Below are positions 37,760-42,176 of a DNA stretch of 42,176 nucleotides, in pieces. The stretch is from Culicoidibacterales bacterium. GTDB lineage: Bacteria > Bacillota_I > Bacilli_A > Culicoidibacterales > JBOFHN01. The stretch spans positions 1-42,176 of the forward strand of contig JBOFHN010000016.1 in assembly GCA_051649665.1 (NCBI GenBank). Reading direction: 5' to 3'. A program made the translations under genes and the position numbers. The notes below the pieces were generated by a model. The model was not told the origin of the DNA. It worked only from the letters and a program-made list of their open reading frames with translations, and did no database searches. Positions within the stretch are counted from its first letter, which is position 1. Every line of letters starts with the position of its first letter.

Positions 37760-38368
37760 ATGTTTCAATTACCAGAACTTGGATATGATTATAAAGCACT
37801 TGAACCACATTTTGATGCGCTGACGATGGAAATACATCACTCACGGCATCATAATGCATACGTGACGAATTTAAACGCAGCACTTGAACAAGCACCGGAG
37901 TTGTTTGAAAAATCAATTGAACAATTAGTAAGTCATTTAAATGATGTACCAGAATCGATTAGAATGGCAGTTCGCAATAATGGTGGTGGACATTTTAACC
38001 ACACATTTTTCTGGCGACTATTGAAACCAGGATATAGCGGTGAAGTGACTGAATTACAAGAAGCAATTGCAGAAGTATTCGGTAGTGCCGAGAATTTTGA
38101 AGATCTATTTTCAAAAGCTGGAATTACGCGTTTTGGATCAGGATGGGCATGGCTCGTTGTTGACAACAAAACGAAAAAATTAGAAATTTTATCAACGGCA
38201 AATCAAGATACACCGCTTGAACTCGGGAAAACACCGATTATAGGACTCGATGTATGGGAACATGCATATTACTTAAAATATCAAAATAAACGTCCAGACT
38301 ATATTCAAGCATTTTGGAATGTGTTGAATTGGGATGTAGCAAACGAAATTTATCTTGCGACAAAATAG
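37760..38368 (+). CDS. sodA: Fe/Mn superoxide dismutase, probably Mn type
   Basis: [35 protein letters not shown]; start ATG 37760 after AAGGAG. Confidence 0.95.
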   Translation: MFQLPELGYDYKALEPHFDALTMEIHHSRHHNAYVTNLNAALEQAPELFEKSIEQLVSHLNDVPESIRMAVRNNGGGHFNHTFFWRLLKPGYSGEVTELQEAIAEVFGSAENFEDLFSKAGITRFGSGWAWLVVDNKTKKLEILSTANQDTPLELGKTPIIGLDVWEHAYYLKYQNKRPDYIQAFWNVLNWDVANEIYLATK

Positions 38369-38370
38369 AA

Positions 38371-38405
38371 AAAAGCCAGCCCTTCAATTTGAAGGGTTGG
38401 CTTTT
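38371..38405. terminator. Bidirectional terminator between sodA and nnr
   Basis: AAAAGCCAGCCCTTCA-ATT-TGAAGGGTTGGCTTTT. Confidence 0.88.
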
Positions 38406-39867
38406 ATAATTGTTCAATGAGCATTGAAGCTGTAATATTATCATTTGATTTTGCGAGGATATCAGCAGCATTTGAATGTCTGAATACAGCTTGACAAACA
38501 CGGCTGAATAAATTATCTGGAGTGATTGTGTGATCAAGATGTGCGGCGATGACGCCACTGAGCACATCACCACTACCTGGTGTAGCTAAAATTGGATTCC
38601 CAGCTGGATTGACCCATGTTTGAATGCCATCGGTAACGAGTGTTTGATCACCTTTTAAAACGAGAATAACATTGTGATCTTTTGCAAAATTTTGCGCAAA
38701 TCGAATTTTATCGCGAAGTATATTTTTAATAGAAGTATTATTCATTCGAGCAAATTCACCAATATGTGGTGTAAGGATGAGTGGATGGTGGTAAGGGATT
38801 TCAGAATCAATATTTGTAATACTCGGAAGCATATCAAGTGCACCAGCATCGAGGATGATTGGAAAGGAGTGAGCAAATGATGAAAGAAAGTGATAATGAC
38901 TCAAAAGTTGAGATGCATCTCTTGCTCCGAATCCTAATACTGCGCATGACGGAATATTTGAAGCCGGTATTTCATTTACGAGTGTCGAGTTAATGTCATG
39001 AAAAATGATTTCTGGAACTGCAGTGAGTAGAGCGTATTTTCCATGACTATCGCCAAAGTGATGAACCATGCAGGCGTTAATTTTCATCATTGCCTTAAGT
39101 GCTAGAATACTTGCACCAAAATATTCAGTTCCACCAAACGAAAAGATTGTTCCTCGATTGTGTTTATGCGAAGAAATGTTGAGAGAAGGTTTGAATGTTT
39201 TGGGGATGTTGGTGAAGACGTGAGTATCCATTTTCATCTTCGGTTTTTTCTGTGAAGATGGAATACATATTATTTTACGAATTGGATAATGATTTGTAAG
39301 AAGTGTAATAAGTGCAAAATCAAGTGTAATAACGTAAGATGCCTGAATAAATAACGTGTTGACATGATTTGTATTCTTCATTCCAGAAGGCAAAATAAGA
39401 GATAGTATGTCACCGTGTGCATGGGTATTTACATATTCGATGATTGAACTGTAATGTTCGTCCAATTTCGAACTGATACCAGTTGCAAAGAGGCCGTCAA
39501 TAATTTGTGTATCAGAAGTGAAGAGTGCTTGAAAATGTGAAGTGTTCAAATCGTTGTAAATTTGCACAAAATCCACATTGTTTCGGAAAGATGAAATGAT
39601 TTCATCTTTAGAAGGTGTACTTTGTGCTAAAAAGAGATGTACCCGAATATGTGAAATTGCACATAAACGAGCGATTTCTAGTGCTAATTTTCCATTGTGA
39701 CCTGGCCCAATGAGGAATAAAATGGAAGATTTAAGCATATTTTTTTGCTGTAGGCAAATAAAAATATCACGAGCGCGGATATGTAGACTTTTATCCACGT
39801 TCTCAAGATATTCCATATTATTATTGTAAAAATAGTCATTTAATTGTTTTTTATATACAAATTTCAT
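38404..39867 (-). CDS. nnr: NAD(P)HX repair protein: degenerate YjeF_N epimerase-like domain fused to ADP-dependent dehydratase NnrD
   Basis: C-terminal SHK..RG, LDA.AL, LTPH.GEF.R, VLKG, LAT.GSGDVLSG; N-terminal G.G.NG, IIDGLF.TG, PSG remnants. Confidence 0.85.
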   Translation of the reverse strand: MKFVYKKQLNDYFYNNNMEYLENVDKSLHIRARDIFICLQQKNMLKSSILFLIGPGHNGKLALEIARLCAISHIRVHLFLAQSTPSKDEIISSFRNNVDFVQIYNDLNTSHFQALFTSDTQIIDGLFATGISSKLDEHYSSIIEYVNTHAHGDILSLILPSGMKNTNHVNTLFIQASYVITLDFALITLLTNHYPIRKIICIPSSQKKPKMKMDTHVFTNIPKTFKPSLNISSHKHNRGTIFSFGGTEYFGASILALKAMMKINACMVHHFGDSHGKYALLTAVPEIIFHDINSTLVNEIPASNIPSCAVLGFGARDASQLLSHYHFLSSFAHSFPIILDAGALDMLPSITNIDSEIPYHHPLILTPHIGEFARMNNTSIKNILRDKIRFAQNFAKDHNVILVLKGDQTLVTDGIQTWVNPAGNPILATPGSGDVLSGVIAAHLDHTITPDNLFSRVCQAVFRHSNAADILAKSNDNITASMLIEQL

Positions 39868-39883
39868 TTATATCACCACTAGT

Positions 39884-39912
39884 ATCATACCAATTTTCAG
39901 AGAAAAATGGAA
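39884..39912 (-). promoter_or_regulatory. Candidate promoter of nnr, divergent from rpsO
   Basis: Minus strand TTCCAT (39912-39907), 17 bp, TG-g-TATGAT (39892-39884). Confidence 0.45.
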
Positions 39913-39921
39913 GAAAAAGTG

Positions 39922-39950
39922 TTGAAAAGATAAAGAATATGTGGTATATT
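39922..39950 (+). promoter_or_regulatory. SigA promoter of rpsO
   Basis: TTGAAA 39922-39927, 17 bp, TG-g-TATATT 39942-39950. Confidence 0.75.
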
Positions 39951-39954
39951 ACGA

Positions 39955-40027
39955 CTATAGTTTATACAAGGTATCTCGTTCTCCAGCGAATACTTAGTTT
40001 AGACTGAATTTTCAAAACTATGGAGGT
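39955..40027 (+). ncRNA. Probable S15 (rpsO) autoregulatory leader
   Basis: CTATAGTTT 39955-39963 pairs with AAACTATGG 40015-40023, which reaches into the SD; encloses an irregular hairpin 39968-39995 with CTCC loop. Confidence 0.5.
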
Positions 40028-40033
40028 AGTAAA

Positions 40034-40303
40034 ATGGCAATTTCAAAAACACGTAAAGATGAAATTATTAAAGAGTTTGGTGTAAAACCAGGAGATACTG
40101 GATCACCAGAGGTGCAAATCGCACTTTTAACGGAATCAATTAATACGCTTAATGAGCATTTTAAGACACACATTCATGATTTCCACTCTCGTAGAGGATT
40201 ATTAAAAATGGTAGGACAACGTCGTCGACTTCTTAACTACTTACGTGGAAAAGATATCAACCGTTATCGTGTGCTTATTGATAAACTTGGTTTACGCCGA
40301 TAA
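40034..40303 (+). CDS. rpsO: 30S ribosomal protein S15
   Basis: [16 protein letters not shown]...H..D.HSRRGL.KMVG.RRRLL.YL. Confidence 0.99.
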   Translation: MAISKTRKDEIIKEFGVKPGDTGSPEVQIALLTESINTLNEHFKTHIHDFHSRRGLLKMVGQRRRLLNYLRGKDINRYRVLIDKLGLRR

Positions 40304-40309
40304 AACGTG

Positions 40310-40344
40310 TTAAAGCGATGAGAATTTTTCTTATCGCTTTAATT
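40310..40344 (+). terminator. Terminator after rpsO
   Basis: TTAAAGCGATGAGAA-TTT-TTCTTATCGCTTTAA. Confidence 0.75.
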
Positions 40345-40439
40345 AATACCAATTTTTTGAAATTAAGGTGGTAGAGTATTGATTTTTAAACTTGAAATAA
40401 TGAAATTTACAAATGTAAGAGAGGGTCGTAAAAATTAAG

Positions 40440-40766
40440 ATGGATGAAGTTTGTAAGCAAGTGTGTAATGAACATTGCAATATTAAATTAGCCATAGATA
40501 TACTTTCTAAAAAGTGGACAATGGTTATTATTCGTGACTTAATCGAGGGCGGACGGCGATATAGTGAACTTGAAAAATCACTTATCGGGATAAGCCCGAA
40601 AACTTTATCAACCCGTCTAAAAGAGCTAGAAAGAATGCAAATTATTTCTAGGTGTGAAAAAGAAAACGTGACGTACTACAAATTGACAAATATAGGGATG
40701 CAATTAGAGAAAATTATTCGTGATTTAGATACTTTTGGGAGTTATTATAGAGAAACAACAAAATAA
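40440..40766 (+). CDS. HxlR-family winged-helix transcriptional regulator
   Basis: C....A.DILSKKWT..I...L..G.RRY.EL...L.GISPKTLS.RLKELE, Y.LT..G. Confidence 0.9.
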   Translation: MDEVCKQVCNEHCNIKLAIDILSKKWTMVIIRDLIEGGRRYSELEKSLIGISPKTLSTRLKELERMQIISRCEKENVTYYKLTNIGMQLEKIIRDLDTFGSYYRETTK

Positions 40767-40783
40767 TTATTTACTCGAGGTGC

Positions 40784-41554
40784 ATGATGGATAACAAAGT
40801 AACAACAAATATAGGACCACTTGTCAAAGAAGTGAGAACTTCTCGAAAAATTTCACGTAAGGATTTAGCACACATTTGCCATCCAAATACGCTCAGAAAC
40901 TTTGAAGTGAGTTTCAACCAGATTAATATTGACGACTTTACAAAAATTTTAATTGACTTAGGATACATTGATTACAGTACTCGTGACGGATTGAGAACGA
41001 TTGCAACGGATCAATACAACGAGTATGTTACGCTATGTGACGAGTTCGATTTCTTTAAAATTCAATACAACAAAGAATCATTAAAAGCAGATGAACATGC
41101 AGAAATGTTATTATCAAGAATGGAAACATATATCAAAAGTGATGCGTTTAGTGAACTGAACATTGTTTTACAACAGGATATATATGGAAAATATGTAGTA
41201 GTAAGTGACTATTTACGCGTAATTAATGCGGATATGTACAAACAAGGTCTTGAACTTTTCTACAAGTCATTCCAAAAAGGACAATCACAATATTCATATG
41301 GGGAAATTGTCTTGATGGGAGCACTTTGCTTAACACCAAACAAAAAAGAAAATTTATTTTACAAATTATGTGATAAAATTTGTGAAACATACTTTACGTC
41401 TGAGTATTTGAAATCGCATGAATATGAATTTCTATATAACTACATTGAATTACTCAATGAAGAAAATTATCGAAAATTCAACACGCTTAAAGCGAAATTC
41501 ATGGGACGTCAAGAAAATATTATGAATATTTTTTATGATATTAAAAATTCATAA
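40784..41554 (+). CDS. XRE/Cro-type HTH regulator with helical C-terminal domain (Rgg/RRNPP-like architecture)
   Basis: IG..VKE.R..RKISR.DLA.IC....L..FE.....I....F..IL..LG N-terminus; C-terminal domain not recognised; SD GAGGTG; start 40784 or 40787. Confidence 0.6.
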   Translation: MMDNKVTTNIGPLVKEVRTSRKISRKDLAHICHPNTLRNFEVSFNQINIDDFTKILIDLGYIDYSTRDGLRTIATDQYNEYVTLCDEFDFFKIQYNKESLKADEHAEMLLSRMETYIKSDAFSELNIVLQQDIYGKYVVVSDYLRVINADMYKQGLELFYKSFQKGQSQYSYGEIVLMGALCLTPNKKENLFYKLCDKICETYFTSEYLKSHEYEFLYNYIELLNEENYRKFNTLKAKFMGRQENIMNIFYDIKNS

Positions 41555-41560
41555 AATGTC

Positions 41561-41589
41561 TTGACATTTGCTAGAAATAAAGTTATAAT
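41561..41589 (+). promoter_or_regulatory. Consensus SigA promoter of tRNA-His
   Basis: TTGACA 41561-41566, 17 bp, TATAAT 41584-41589. Confidence 0.9.
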
Positions 41590-41622
41590 GTTTGAGTGTC
41601 AAAGTTACACTCAGACATATAT

Positions 41623-41699
41623 GGCGGTTGTGGTGAAGTGGTTAACACATTGGATTGTGGTTCCAACATTCGCGGGTTCGATTCCCGTCAGCCGCCCCA
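41623..41699 (+). tRNA. tRNA-His (anticodon GTG) with encoded G-1 and CCA
   Basis: G-GCGGTTG/CAGCCGC-C-CCA acceptor, TTGGA-TT-GTG-GT-TCCAA anticodon arm, GCGGG-TTCGATT-CCCGT T arm. Confidence 0.97.
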
Positions 41700-41712
41700 T
41701 TTTAATAAACAT

Positions 41713-41739
41713 GAACCGCATGCAAGTGCGTTTTTTTTT
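41713..41739 (+). terminator. Intrinsic terminator after tRNA-His
   Basis: CGCAT-GCAA-GTGCG followed by nine T. Confidence 0.8.
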
Positions 41740-41796
41740 ATGTCAAGAGGTATTATGCTATAATACAGTGAAATAGCAATGGAGGTTATTTAATAT

Positions 41797-42176
41797 ATGG
41801 AATTTATAAAGTTTATTTTTGATTTTATTTTACACATTGATAGTCATTTAGAAACGATGATTCAATCATATGGATTATGGACGTTTGGGATTTTGTGGAG
41901 TATTATTTTCTCAGAAACAGGACTTGTTTTCTTGCCGTTTTTACCAGGTGATTCACTTTTGTTTGCTGCCGGAGCACTCAGTGCGAAAGCAACGACCGAT
42001 TTTAATGTTATTGCTGTATTGTTCACTTGTATTACGGCTGCATTTATCGGAAATACTGTTAACTATTTTATCGGTCAATTTTTTGGTGAAAAGATATTAT
42101 CGACTAAATTTTTTAAGAAAATCATCAAGCCTGAACAATTAGAAAAATCACATGCCTTTTTTGAGAAACATGGAGT
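41797..42176 (+). CDS. dedA: DedA family (VTT domain) membrane protein, 5' part (runs off window; not in ORF track)
   Basis: MEFIKFIFDFILHIDSHLETMIQSYGLWTFGILWSIIFSETGLVFLPFLPGDSLLFAAGAL...; SD GGAGG; extended -10 TG-c-TATAAT 41756-41764. Confidence 0.92.
   Translation, partial: MEFIKFIFDFILHIDSHLETMIQSYGLWTFGILWSIIFSETGLVFLPFLPGDSLLFAAGALSAKATTDFNVIAVLFTCITAAFIGNTVNYFIGQFFGEKILSTKFFKKIIKPEQLEKSHAFFEKHG

Noticed and set aside
40771-40968. 65-aa minus-strand ORF as a possible signalling peptide for the Rgg-like regulator
   Set aside because: It lies almost wholly antisense to the regulator's HTH-coding region, with no supporting SD or promoter.
41623-41699. tRNA-His as an integration site for an island
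   Set aside because: No integrase, no duplicated tRNA 3' end in the window, and the downstream gene is an ordinary dedA.
41561-41776. 71-aa ORF in the track
   Set aside because: It starts at the TTG of the -35 box and runs through tRNA-His and its terminator; spurious.
41870-42142. 90-aa ORF in the track
   Set aside because: Out-of-frame overlap with the real dedA reading frame that starts at 41797.

Overview
AT-rich chromosomal segment of a low-GC Gram-positive bacterium (Bacillota; the short Smc, NAMPT and MEP-pathway ispG suggest an Erysipelotrichales/Culicoidibacter/Turicibacter-like lineage, by inference only). Standard genetic code. Positions 1-5.4 kb hold an accessory membrane-stress or peptide-immunity block: partial DUF5808-like gene, SdpR, SdpI, then a PLDc_N protein and two ABC ATPase/permease pairs behind a promoter with twin palindromic operators. 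The rest is mostly core: rpsP-khpA-rimM-trmD, asp23-fakA-recG-plsX-rnc-smc-ftsY-ylxM-ffh, an orphan membrane-anchored PTS EIIB, rny, a HAD hydrolase, peptidase C26, comGA-GG, aroK-aroQ-Xaa-Pro peptidase-efp-asp23, nadV, CIRCE-hrcA-grpE-dnaK-dnaJ, ispG-ttcA (minus), sodA, nnr (minus), rpsO, two HTH regulators, tRNA-His(GTG) and the start of dedA. I saw no mobile element, CRISPR array or prophage. I cannot claim a clearly new system. The best leads are: a terminator hairpin that buries the comGA Shine-Dalgarno and contains a SigH/ComX-like promoter; the SdpRI plus YxlEFG-like hybrid locus with twin operators; the stand-alone membrane-tethered EIIB; KhpA and NnrE domains that have lost key motifs; and a naturally short Smc.
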